From Candidatus Aminicenantes bacterium (GTDB taxonomy: Bacteria; Acidobacteriota; Aminicenantia; JAMOAD01), in contig JAMOUT010000101.1 of assembly GCA_027061995.1 (NCBI GenBank), positions 12,211-76,210 on the forward strand: DNA of 64,000 nucleotides. Reading direction: 5' to 3'. The notes beneath the pieces are model-generated. The model was not told the origin of the DNA. It was given only the letters and a program-made list of their open reading frames with translations, and did not search any database. This document shows positions 39,851-49,563 of the stretch, piece by piece (within the stretch, counting starts at the first letter, position 1; every line of letters begins with the position of its first letter). Position numbers and translations under genes: made by a program.

Positions 39851-40639
39851 TTAAAAAGTGGGAGGAGTATTTATCCAAATTACAACAGTCATATTATCAG
39901 TGGGATTAATCCATTTGTGAGGCCTTGAGCTATTAAAATATAAGCTATCTCCCGGTCCCAGTATATGCTCAATCTTTCCTTCTATAATAATTTTCAATTT
40001 CCCGGATAGAACAAAAATAAACTCTTCACCTTTATGACAATAGAACTCTTCACTACCCGCTCGCGGTTCGATATAAAACATATGAGGTTCCATTGCAGTA
40101 TCCCCTTCTGCAAGAAGCTCCATCCTAACTCCTTTTATATCCATGAAGATTGATTTTCTCTCCCCCGCCCTTATAAGCTCTCTCGGTTTTCCCTCAGCCG
40201 AAAAAAAGTATAATGTATTTACATTTAAGGCATTAGCAATTCTTTTTAAATTTACAATCGAAAGATTTGTCTTACCCTGTTCTACCTGGTTAAGAAAGGA
40301 GATTGAAAAACCTGCTTTCTTCGAAAGTTCTTTTACAGAAACTCTGTTTCTCTGTCTTAATCTTTTTATTTTATCACCTATTCTTTCCCTATTTAATGCT
40401 TCTTTCCCTATTTCTTCATCTTTACCTATTTTAAGAATCTCTTTAATGGCTTCACTCTTATAACCCTTATCCTTAAGTTCTTTGACCTTCCTAATAATAT
40501 TTAAATCACCTTCGTCAAAAAACCTAAATCTACCTTTGGATCTTTTGCTCTTAATCAACCCCTCTCTTTCCCAGAACCGAATTGTGGAAGTGCTTACTTT
40601 TAATATTTTTGCTATATCACCTATGAAATATTTTATCAT
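39851..40639 (-). CDS. transcriptional regulator with MerR-type HTH + XRE-type HTH + C-terminal cupin domain
   Basis: N-terminal IGDIAKILKVSTSTIRFWEREGLI (MerR HTH). Central RLRQRNRVSVKELSKKAGFSISFLNQVEQGK (XRE HTH_3). C-terminal cupin (…HKGEEFIFVLSGKLKI…GDSLYF…PHKWIN). Confidence 0.7.
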   Translation of the reverse strand: MIKYFIGDIAKILKVSTSTIRFWEREGLIKSKRSKGRFRFFDEGDLNIIRKVKELKDKGYKSEAIKEILKIGKDEEIGKEALNRERIGDKIKRLRQRNRVSVKELSKKAGFSISFLNQVEQGKTNLSIVNLKRIANALNVNTLYFFSAEGKPRELIRAGERKSIFMDIKGVRMELLAEGDTAMEPHMFYIEPRAGSEEFYCHKGEEFIFVLSGKLKIIIEGKIEHILGPGDSLYFNSSRPHKWINPTDNMTVVIWINTPPTF

Positions 40640-41081
40640 CCTATAATATAATTACAATTTTTATCTTTGTCAAGTCTTTTATTTTATCATTTTTTTCAAC
40701 CCTTTTCGTCCCTTCTTCTCTTACTTTGTAATATTTTTCTAATTTTATATTCAATTACAAGCTTTATAAAAGGTTGATAAATCAGAGTTCGGACTTGAAT
40801 TTATGCAAAGTATTAAAAACTAATATAAAAATTAATAAATTTAAAATTATCAGAATTTTGCAAATAATGATTAAACACCTTTCAATTCGTTAAATCTCAG
40901 ATTATTAATATGGAAATTTATTTGACACAAAATATTTATTATGTTAGTATTTTTTACAGTTGTAAATATTTAGAAGGGAAAATGTATTCATCTAAAATAG
41001 CTGACATTAAAGGGAAAGAAAGGGAATCAAATAGTTATAAACATATAGAACCACGCTTTATATTTTTAGTTATTTTAAACA

Positions 41082-43910
41082 ATGGAAATTGAAAATAAAA
41101 ATAATATTATTCAATTCATAAAAAAATGGGGATTTTTTTTCATTCTTACTTTTGCCATAAGCACTCTTCTCATTGATATTTACGATAGCTACAGCTCATT
41201 CAAAAATCGTTCCAAACAGATGCGAGAAAATTATGTGGCTCAACAAAAACGGGAGATAAAACAACAAGTTATTCAGGTTGTTAATACCATTCGTTTTCAA
41301 TTATTATTACTTGAGAAAAGGATGAAAAACATCACAAAAGAGAGAGGGGACCTGCTTTTTAATCTGATCAATAGTATTTATATGAATAATAAATACAAAA
41401 AGAGTGATAAGGAGATAAAGGAAATAATATTAAACAACTTGAGAAAAATTAAATTTAATATTGGAGAAGGTTGTTGTTTTATTTATTCTTTATCCGGAAA
41501 AGTTGTTTTATATCCCGAAAACCCATCGCTTGAAAGAAAAAACCTACAAAAAATAAAAAATCAAACAGGGGAATTTATAATTAAAAAATATTTTACAGAG
41601 GTAAAAAATAAAGGGGAAATAATTAAATCCGAATTTTATAATAAAGCTTATTCAGAAGAAGGTAAATATTATAAAAAAATCATTCACCTAAAATTATTCA
41701 AACCTTTTGGTTGGATTATAGGAAATTTCGTATATATCGGTAGTATTGAAAAAGAGATGAAAAAAGAGCTGTTAAAAAACATCAGTAAAATAAGATTCGG
41801 CAAAGAGGGGTATATTTTCATAAACAGATTTAACGGGAATACATTAGTTTCAAACGGGAAAATATTCTCCGGAAAGAAAAAATTGTGGGAAATTTTTAAT
41901 AAACATCCTGATAAGATGAAAGATATTTTTAAAAAAGAGTATAATGCAGCCTTAAAACCGGAAGGTGGCTATATCTATTATACATTCATTAAACTAACAA
42001 GTCCTAATAAGGAATCTCCAAAAACCTCGTTTGTTTTCGGCATTCCGGAATTAAAATGGCTCGTTGGTTCGGGAGTATATCTTGATGATATTGAAAGTGA
42101 TATTTTAACCATGCAGAAAAATTTATTACACGATATAATAAAAAAAATGTTCTGTTTTTTATTAATAATAACAGGGGTCATCTTTATTTTCCTGTTCTTA
42201 TTACAAAAATTAACCAATAAGCTTAAAAATGATTTTAACCTGTTTTTCTCTTTTTTTAATCAAGCGGTTTATTCAAGTAAACCGATAGATATTGACGAAG
42301 TCAGATTTCAAGAATTTAAAACAATGGCAATTAACGCCAATAAAATGTTGGAAGAGAAAAACAGGTTTCAACAAGCATTATTAAATGAAAAAGAGCAACT
42401 GTTTGTAACAATTCGGTCAATCGGAGACGGAGTTATTACCACAAATAAAAAAGGTGAAATTAGAATCATGAATAAAGTCGCTGAAAAACTAACCGGATGG
42501 AAACTAAAGGATGCGGAAGGGAAAAGTTTGGATAAAATATTTAATATTATTAATCAAAATACGGGAGAAAAAATAATAAACCCGGTGGATAAAGTATTAA
42601 AAAAGGGGGATATTATAGAATTTGCAAATGATACTGTTTTAATTTCAAAAAATAAACGGAAGTATAATATAGAAGATAGCGCAGCCCCCATAAAAGACAA
42701 ACAAGGTAAAATACTCGGGGTCGTGTTGGTATTCAGGGATGTATCAGAAAAATTAAGAACCGAAAAACAACTTATCAAGGCAAAAAAATTGGAATCCGTA
42801 GGTATTCTCGCAGGAGGAATCGCACATGATTTTAATAATATATTAATGGGAGTTTTCGGAAATCTTGAAATTGCAAAATTAAAAACCAAAGATAACCACC
42901 CCGCTTATAAATTTATAGAAACCGCAAATAATGCTCTCGAAAGAGCAACCAATCTGACAAATCAATTACTAACCTTTGCAAAAGGGGGAGATCCTATATT
43001 AAATGTTGTTGATTTGGAATCAATTGTAAAAAAAACAGTTGATTTTAATCTTGCCGGAAGTAATATAAAAACGCACTATAAATTCCCCTCACAAGGATTA
43101 TGGAGAATAAAAGCTGATAAAGGGCAAATCAGTCAGGTTATTTCAAATATAATCATCAATGCTAAAGAGGCTATGCCTGAAGGGGGAAACATCTTCATTT
43201 ATGCCGAAAACATTAAGAATACCGATAAAACATTAAAACTCAATTTACAAGAGAATTTCGTAAAATTGTCAATAAAAGATGAAGGGATAGGGATTTCTAA
43301 AAAACACATTGATAAAATTTTTGATCCCTATTTTACAACTAAGCAAACAGGGAGCGGCTTAGGACTTGCTACGGCTCACAGTATTATCAAAAAACATCAA
43401 GGGGAGATAAAAGTTGAGTCAACGGTGGATTCAGGAACTATTTTTACCATATATATACCCGCAGTAAAAGATAAAAAAATATTAGGAAAAAAATTTAAGA
43501 AAGTGATATCTCATACAAAGAAATTTAAAAATTGTAAGGTCCTTATTATGGATGATGAGGAGATTATACTGGATGTAGCAAGCGAAATGTTTAAATCACT
43601 CGGATGTGAAATTGAAACAGCCGCTGATGGTAAAGAAGCAATTGATAAATTTAATTTATCAAAAAAAGAAAACAAAACTTTTGATTTAATCATAATGGAT
43701 TTAACTATTCCGGGTGGATTAGGGGGAAAAGAAACCATAAAAAAGATATTAGAGATTGACCCCAAAGCAAAAGTTATTGTTTCAAGCGGTTATTCCACGG
43801 ATCCTATAATGGCTAATTATAGAGAATACGGGTTTAAAGGAAGGCTCGTGAAACCATTTAAATTAAATGATTTAAAAAGTGAGTTGTTAAAAATTTTAAT
43901 CGAGTATTGA
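41082..43910 (+). CDS. hybrid sensor histidine kinase/response regulator (periplasmic Cache-like sensor, PAS, HisKA, HATPase_c, REC)
   Basis: Two TM segments flanking a ~300-aa extracytoplasmic domain. PAS. H-box GGIAHDFNNIL. N/G1/G2 boxes. C-terminal receiver with the phospho-Asp context IIMDLTIPG. Confidence 0.8.
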   Translation: MEIENKNNIIQFIKKWGFFFILTFAISTLLIDIYDSYSSFKNRSKQMRENYVAQQKREIKQQVIQVVNTIRFQLLLLEKRMKNITKERGDLLFNLINSIYMNNKYKKSDKEIKEIILNNLRKIKFNIGEGCCFIYSLSGKVVLYPENPSLERKNLQKIKNQTGEFIIKKYFTEVKNKGEIIKSEFYNKAYSEEGKYYKKIIHLKLFKPFGWIIGNFVYIGSIEKEMKKELLKNISKIRFGKEGYIFINRFNGNTLVSNGKIFSGKKKLWEIFNKHPDKMKDIFKKEYNAALKPEGGYIYYTFIKLTSPNKESPKTSFVFGIPELKWLVGSGVYLDDIESDILTMQKNLLHDIIKKMFCFLLIITGVIFIFLFLLQKLTNKLKNDFNLFFSFFNQAVYSSKPIDIDEVRFQEFKTMAINANKMLEEKNRFQQALLNEKEQLFVTIRSIGDGVITTNKKGEIRIMNKVAEKLTGWKLKDAEGKSLDKIFNIINQNTGEKIINPVDKVLKKGDIIEFANDTVLISKNKRKYNIEDSAAPIKDKQGKILGVVLVFRDVSEKLRTEKQLIKAKKLESVGILAGGIAHDFNNILMGVFGNLEIAKLKTKDNHPAYKFIETANNALERATNLTNQLLTFAKGGDPILNVVDLESIVKKTVDFNLAGSNIKTHYKFPSQGLWRIKADKGQISQVISNIIINAKEAMPEGGNIFIYAENIKNTDKTLKLNLQENFVKLSIKDEGIGISKKHIDKIFDPYFTTKQTGSGLGLATAHSIIKKHQGEIKVESTVDSGTIFTIYIPAVKDKKILGKKFKKVISHTKKFKNCKVLIMDDEEIILDVASEMFKSLGCEIETAADGKEAIDKFNLSKKENKTFDLIIMDLTIPGGLGGKETIKKILEIDPKAKVIVSSGYSTDPIMANYREYGFKGRLVKPFKLNDLKSELLKILIEY

Positions 43911-43930
43911 AGAATTATTATTCGATTTTA

Positions 43931-44641
43931 TCAATTCCCTTTAATCAAATCGGGTCTTTTGTTTTTTGTAATCTCAATAGATTTTTGTTTTCGCCATTCA
44001 TCTATAAGTTTATGGTTACCCGATAATAAAACTTCGGGAACTTTCCTTCCCATAAAATCCCTCGGTTGTGTATATTGCGGATAATCCAGAAGCTCGGTTT
44101 CAAAAGATTCATTAATAACACTCTCCTCCTTTCCCACTACCCCTTTTATATGTCTTGATATAGCCTCTATAAGAACAAGCACCGCCGCATCTCCCCCTGT
44201 GATTATATAATCCCCTATGGAAATCTCCATATCAACAAACTCTTTTACCCTTTCATCAACCCCCTCATATCGCGGACTAATAAAAACAAGATTTTTATCC
44301 ATGGAGAGTTTTTTCGCCATTTTTTGATTAAATTTTTTTCCTGTCGGAGATAAAAGGATGACTTTTGAATCTGTTTTTTTTATGAATTTTAAAGCATTGT
44401 AAATCGGTTCAACCATGAAAACCATCCCGCTACCACCACCAAAAGGCCTGTCGTCAATCTGTCTGTGTTTGTTATTTGAATAATCTCTCAAATTATGAAT
44501 ATGCACTTCTACAATTTTATTCTCAATCGCTTTACCGATAACTCCGAATTTTAAAGGAGTTTTATAATAATCGGGGAAAATCGTTATTATATCAAATATC
44601 ATTATTACTCTCCTCCTTAATTTCATGAACGGGGAAAACAA
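43931..44641 (-). CDS. trmD: tRNA (guanine37-N1)-methyltransferase
   Basis: MIFDIITIFPDYY… SPOUT TrmD signature. The likely true start is the Met at 44602. Confidence 0.85.
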   Translation of the reverse strand: MFSPFMKLRRRVIMIFDIITIFPDYYKTPLKFGVIGKAIENKIVEVHIHNLRDYSNNKHRQIDDRPFGGGSGMVFMVEPIYNALKFIKKTDSKVILLSPTGKKFNQKMAKKLSMDKNLVFISPRYEGVDERVKEFVDMEISIGDYIITGGDAAVLVLIEAISRHIKGVVGKEESVINESFETELLDYPQYTQPRDFMGRKVPEVLLSGNHKLIDEWRKQKSIEITKNKRPDLIKGN

Positions 44642-47369
44642 TCTTAAATTTTGTTCCTATGTTCGGTTTTGAGTGAACAAAGATATCACCATTGTGTTCT
44701 TTTATAATATTATATGTTATGGAAAGTCCGAGACCCGTTCCTTTTTCCGCCTCCTTTGTTGTAAAAAAAGGATCAAAAATAAACGGAATATCCTCTTTAT
44801 CAATACCCCTCCCTCTATCCATTATTTCAAGATTAACCAATTTATCCCGTTTATAGATTTTGATTCTAACCTCCTCCCCTTCCAAAGAGGCATCTATCGC
44901 ATTAATAACAAGGTTTATTATCGCCTGCTGTATTTTAACTCTGTCACCTTTAATCAAAAGATTCTCCCCTTCGATAATAAATTTTATTCTCTTTTGTTTA
45001 ATTTTATGTTCAAGGATTGTTTTTAATTCTTCTATAGCTTCATATATGTTAAAAGGAACTTTTAATCCCTGCCCCTCTCTTGAAAAATTCAAAAGACTTC
45101 TTATAAGATTTCTCATCCTCTCGCTCTGCTCCCTTATTTTAGATGCTATCTCTTTTTGTTTTTTGGTTTTTGCCGTTGACTCAAGTATTTGAGAATAGCT
45201 TGATATTCCGGTCAAAGGGGTGTTAATTTCATGGACTATCCCCGCCGAAAGCAAACCGAGAGACGCTAACTTTTCCCTTGTAATCAATTCCCTTTCAAGG
45301 TTAAGTTTTTCCGTTATATCGGACAACAGCACAATTTTTTCATCACCTTTTTTATCAAGATTAAAAACACTTGCTTCAAGATTTTTTCTATTTTTATTGT
45401 TATCCTTAAAATTAAACCTGAAAAAAGATTCATTAAGATTATGATTTACTATTTTCTCCCCTATATCATTACCGAAAACAGCCTCCAATCTTTCTCCAAC
45501 GGCATTCTCTTTTTTTAAACCGAGTAATTCCTCCATATATTTGTTCCAATGCTTAATTCTTCTCCCTTTATCAACAACAAATATCCCAACTTTAACATTC
45601 TCAAGAATATTATCACTGAAATCCTTTAAAGATCTTATCTCTTCTATCCTGTTTTCAAGTGATGAATATAATGAAGCATTTTCTATGGCAAGAGATATCG
45701 AGGGGGCGATAGCAAGGAGCAATGACCAATCCTCAGTTGTCAGATAGCTCCCGTCGATTTTTTTACTCATTGATAAAAATCCTATTATCTTTTTTTGGGA
45801 AACAAGTGGTAATATATGAAAAGCCTCTATATTATTCAATTTTATTTTATCAAGTCTTTCAAGCCATCTTGTTTCATCAATAGAATAAAACCATAAAAAA
45901 TCATTCGTCCTCATTTTTTCGAGAAAACCCTCGGAAAAGAAAATTCTCCCGAGAAGAGTTTGTTGCTCTTGTGTCATACTATTTAGTAAGATAAAATCTC
46001 CGGATTTTTCCTCAAAAAGATAAAGAGAAGCTTGTTTTAACAGTAAAGCGGATGTAAGAATCTCCAAAAATCTCGAACTCAATACTTTAAGATTTTTCTC
46101 GTAAGTTACTATTTTTGAAAAACTTATAAGATTCTCCCTTTCAAAATATGAACGACGATAAAAGAGTTTATTCGATAGTTCTTCAAGAAAAGTATATAGA
46201 GGGTTTAAGACAAGAACTCCGAGAAGAATAGCGGCAGCTCCTATGGTAATTCCTCCTTGAAAATCGGGAGCAAAGTTCACTATTATAAAGACATAAAAAG
46301 TAAACACTATGACAAAACCCAAAACATATACGAAATACTTCTTGGCTATTATTTCAAAATCCATAAGTTTATAACCTGAGATAGCATAAGCGAAGGTTAA
46401 AGGGATTACCAATTGAAAAAGAACTATGAATTGCGCCCATTCGGGAGGAGCCGGGTTTGAGAAAAAAGGTAAAACATAGAATAAAAAAAACGGAACAAAT
46501 CCCGCATTTATACCCCAAAAAATCCATTTTAGTTGATTTTTATTGTAAATAGTATCCGATTCTTTGTATCTTTTCCAAATAAAAATCAAAGTTAATAAAA
46601 ACACTATACTAAAATATCCGAGAGAAATTTTTGAGAACAGATTTTGTATAAAAGTTTGGTCAAGACCGGATAATTTTTCCAAAGTTTGCGTATAAATAAT
46701 AATATACAAAGCGGTCAAAAAGCCACTAAAAATATAAAGAAAATCTCTGAATTTATTGAATTTCTTATACTCTGTCGGAAAAGTCAGAAAAAAATGGAAT
46801 AAAATCGGAGGAAAAAGAAAAAAGGAGATCTTATCTATCCAAAAAAATATCTGATCCCAGAAATCAAAAGAACTGGTCGGTGAAAATACATAAACAGAAT
46901 AAAAAGTTAAACTTACAAGAAAAAACAGATTTTGGGAGTAAGCTGTTAAGCTTGACGGAAGGAAAAGGATATAATATCCGATAAAAAGTGTGGCAAAACC
47001 GATTAATAAAAGGTAAAAGTAAACCATCGGGATTCTTTTTACTATTATGGCTCCTTGGGAATAAAGAAGATTTTTCCCCCTCGCCAAATAGTAAATGGAT
47101 TTTTCACCAATCTTTTTATTTGCCAAAGCTTGCTGATAATCAAGGGGGGAATTAATCGGAATATTATCAATTTCCAATAGTGTATCCCCTTTTTTCAAAG
47201 GGGGAAAAAAGTTGTGTTCCTTTATAATTTTTTGAACCCTTAAGGAACCATTGGCGTATTCCCAAATAATTCCGTCATAAGTTTCTTTATAAGTAACTTT
47301 TTTATAAATATTAAATATCCCGAGAGATATGAATAATATAACAATAAATGATGTTATTATTTTTCTCAT
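44592..47369 (-). CDS. membrane sensor histidine kinase (periplasmic PDZ-like region, multi-TM module, GAF, PAS, HisKA, HATPase_c)
   Basis: N-terminal signal anchor. ~8 TM helices. H-box SAGIVHEINTPL. HATPase N/G boxes (…DRGRGI…GTGLGLSI…). Confidence 0.75.
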   Translation of the reverse strand: MRKIITSFIVILFISLGIFNIYKKVTYKETYDGIIWEYANGSLRVQKIIKEHNFFPPLKKGDTLLEIDNIPINSPLDYQQALANKKIGEKSIYYLARGKNLLYSQGAIIVKRIPMVYFYLLLIGFATLFIGYYILFLPSSLTAYSQNLFFLVSLTFYSVYVFSPTSSFDFWDQIFFWIDKISFFLFPPILFHFFLTFPTEYKKFNKFRDFLYIFSGFLTALYIIIYTQTLEKLSGLDQTFIQNLFSKISLGYFSIVFLLTLIFIWKRYKESDTIYNKNQLKWIFWGINAGFVPFFLFYVLPFFSNPAPPEWAQFIVLFQLVIPLTFAYAISGYKLMDFEIIAKKYFVYVLGFVIVFTFYVFIIVNFAPDFQGGITIGAAAILLGVLVLNPLYTFLEELSNKLFYRRSYFERENLISFSKIVTYEKNLKVLSSRFLEILTSALLLKQASLYLFEEKSGDFILLNSMTQEQQTLLGRIFFSEGFLEKMRTNDFLWFYSIDETRWLERLDKIKLNNIEAFHILPLVSQKKIIGFLSMSKKIDGSYLTTEDWSLLLAIAPSISLAIENASLYSSLENRIEEIRSLKDFSDNILENVKVGIFVVDKGRRIKHWNKYMEELLGLKKENAVGERLEAVFGNDIGEKIVNHNLNESFFRFNFKDNNKNRKNLEASVFNLDKKGDEKIVLLSDITEKLNLERELITREKLASLGLLSAGIVHEINTPLTGISSYSQILESTAKTKKQKEIASKIREQSERMRNLIRSLLNFSREGQGLKVPFNIYEAIEELKTILEHKIKQKRIKFIIEGENLLIKGDRVKIQQAIINLVINAIDASLEGEEVRIKIYKRDKLVNLEIMDRGRGIDKEDIPFIFDPFFTTKEAEKGTGLGLSITYNIIKEHNGDIFVHSKPNIGTKFKIVFPVHEIKEESNNDI

Positions 47370-48478
47370 AAACTAAATTTTCTGATCCCCCAAACATATA
47401 ATACTCTGTCTTTATTTATATATAAATCAAGAAAAATCTCAGATTCAAGAAAAGGGAGATAGGTATTCAACATAATTTTCGGAATAAATCTATAGTATAA
47501 TCTTCTAAAATATACAGGATTATTCTCACAATTAAAAAGAAAAGGATATTCCACACCTATTTTCGATACCCCTATCTTTTTCATAACTCCCATTTTAAGA
47601 TACAGTGAATTGTTTTTTACATACTTTGAATCAAAAAGATACCCTCCCGAAAGAAAACCTGTAAAATCATCATCATTTTTTATAAAACTCAACTCATATA
47701 AATTAAATGAATCAGTTCCTATTTTAGAATGGTTTTGCAATATTTTAAGTTCATAATTATCAATTTTTTTAATAAGTGAAAATGTTTCAAATAATTCATT
47801 CTGATTATATTCTTCCCTTTTCGTCAAGCCGTATTCGGGGGATAAGGGTTTTTCACCATTTGACAGAGACAATCGGGTTTTTAACCCTTTCACCCATTTA
47901 AACAAAAGCTGTGTATTAAAAAACTCCCCCCCTGTTTTATTAATATCTTTTCCCAACCCGAAATCAAAATTCAAACGACCTGTTTTAATATTTCCGTTAA
48001 AAAAAAGAATAGTCTCTTTCAACCTATTATAACCGGAGTTTATCACACCAATCTCAGAGTTAAAACCTCTGTTTTTATAAGTTAAAGGTGTTATACTAAA
48101 ACTCGAACCACTACCTGTGTGATGCAATTCAAGCACTGAACTCCCTATCACTGGTTTTTTTATTATCTCCCGCTCCTCCTTTTCAAGGATGTGTTTTATC
48201 GAAGCTTTGAATATTAGTTTGAATTTTCTCCTTTTCTTCGCCAAATAAATCCTATTTCTGACTTTTATATAATTAATCGCAAGAGTTCTGTCCCTTTTCA
48301 TTATGGATGTTGTTGTCAATTCTTCTTTATCAGCTTTTCTATCTCTCATCAAAGTTGATATATCTATTTTTTTCTTTTTTGCAAAAGAAGGTATTACAAT
48401 GATTAGAATAGATAAAAGAATTATGATTTTATTCCTAAACATAATATAAATAGTAATTAATTTTTTATCAAAAGTCAA
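47366..48478 (-). CDS. hypothetical secreted/outer-membrane protein
   Basis: The ORF-track start is TTG. The Met 12 codons in (~48442) begins a good signal peptide (MFRNKIIILLSILIIVIPSFA). Beta-rich, aromatic-rich C-terminal region. Stop overlaps the sensor kinase start (ATGA). Confidence 0.4.
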   Translation of the reverse strand: MTFDKKLITIYIMFRNKIIILLSILIIVIPSFAKKKKIDISTLMRDRKADKEELTTTSIMKRDRTLAINYIKVRNRIYLAKKRRKFKLIFKASIKHILEKEEREIIKKPVIGSSVLELHHTGSGSSFSITPLTYKNRGFNSEIGVINSGYNRLKETILFFNGNIKTGRLNFDFGLGKDINKTGGEFFNTQLLFKWVKGLKTRLSLSNGEKPLSPEYGLTKREEYNQNELFETFSLIKKIDNYELKILQNHSKIGTDSFNLYELSFIKNDDDFTGFLSGGYLFDSKYVKNNSLYLKMGVMKKIGVSKIGVEYPFLFNCENNPVYFRRLYYRFIPKIMLNTYLPFLESEIFLDLYINKDRVLYVWGIRKFSL

Positions 48479-48816
48479 TATTACCTACCTACCCCTAAAC
48501 CTTGAATAAAAACCGCAGAAACAGTGAAAAAACATCGAAAAACATTCCCTTTCATCGGTTCCTACCAAATATAAAGCAAAGCAGTCAAAGCGATAATATG
48601 AGCCTCTAAGCAAAGTGAATATCTTGTAATCCGGAAAATATAATGGTAAAGCTTAGCATTAACGGAACAAGCAGTCATTCAATCCCGAAAGTATCTATCT
48701 GTAATAAAACAGCTAAAGTTCCGTTTTTTTAAAGAGCAAACACCTTTAAAACCCTAACAAAACAAAAAAATCAGAACTAAACACTCAGAAGTCTCGGAGG
48801 GCACTTCCCGTTTCTC

Positions 48817-48845
48817 TTGACAATATCTTGCTATTCTGTTATTTA
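48817..48845 (+). promoter_or_regulatory. candidate sigma70 promoter upstream of tolQ (TTGACA - 17 nt - TATTTA)
   Basis: TTGACA at 48817-48822, a 17-nt spacer, TATTTA at 48840-48845. Implies a very short or absent leader before the first in-frame ATG at 48852. Confidence 0.35.
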
Positions 48846-49562
48846 TATCAAATGTTATTAATGATAAATGAAGCTTTACAAACACAAAACAGTGTTAATG
48901 TTTTTGATTTTTTTTCTCAGATCGGTCTGGTAGGCAAGATAGTTCTAATATCACTAATCTTTTTCTCAATCGTTAGTTGGGCGATAATTTTTTTTAAATG
49001 GAAAATTATTAACGGGGAAATCAGAAAATCCAAAAGATTTTTATCCAAATTTCACGATGTCAGAAGTATGCAGGATAAATACAGAGTAGCTAACAGAAAC
49101 AAAGGGAATATTTTATCCGACTCTTTCAGGTATGCTTACGAGGAAGCGATGAATCAAATAAGAGGCAAGGAAAAAGATGCACCCCCCGAAACAAATAAAC
49201 TTGATATTGAATCAATAGAAAGAGCTATGCTGTTAAAAATAAATGAGGGGATAAGCAGAATTGAAAATAAATTGAATTTTCTTGCGACAACAGCCTCGGT
49301 TACCCCTTTCATAGGACTTTTCGGAACAGTTTGGGGGATAATGGATGCTTTCAGACAGATAGGTTTGCAAGGATCCGCTGACCTTGCCACGGTAGCACCC
49401 GGAATTTCCGAAGCTTTAATTAATACGGCAGCAGGACTTTTTGCAGCTATTCCCGCAGTTATAGCTTATAATTATTTTCTCAAGAAAATAAATGAAACAT
49501 CTTCCATTTCCGAAAATTTTGTTCTTGAAGTAGCGAATATATTTCAAAAAATAAAATATTGA
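48828..49562 (+). CDS. tolQ: MotA/TolQ/ExbB proton-channel family protein
   Basis: Three-TM TolQ/ExbB topology with a conserved C-terminal half (…[10 protein letters not shown]…[15 protein letters not shown]…). The ORF-track start is TTG; a true ATG start is likely at 48852 or 48861. Confidence 0.8.
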   Translation: MLFCYLYQMLLMINEALQTQNSVNVFDFFSQIGLVGKIVLISLIFFSIVSWAIIFFKWKIINGEIRKSKRFLSKFHDVRSMQDKYRVANRNKGNILSDSFRYAYEEAMNQIRGKEKDAPPETNKLDIESIERAMLLKINEGISRIENKLNFLATTASVTPFIGLFGTVWGIMDAFRQIGLQGSADLATVAPGISEALINTAAGLFAAIPAVIAYNYFLKKINETSSISENFVLEVANIFQKIKY

Positions 49563-49563
49563 T

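Noticed and set aside
40910-41092. 60-aa ORF upstream of the hybrid sensor kinase
   Set aside because: Lies in an AT-rich promoter region and reads into the kinase start. No RBS. Typical spurious AT-rich ORF.
48443-48851. RNase P RNA, tmRNA or SRP RNA in the long intergenic block
   Set aside because: The P4 GGAAAGUCCGG motif, the tRNA-like GGUUCGAAUCC end with a tag ORF, and the SRP domain IV GGAA-tetraloop/AGCAG symmetric-loop arrangement could not be found on either strand.
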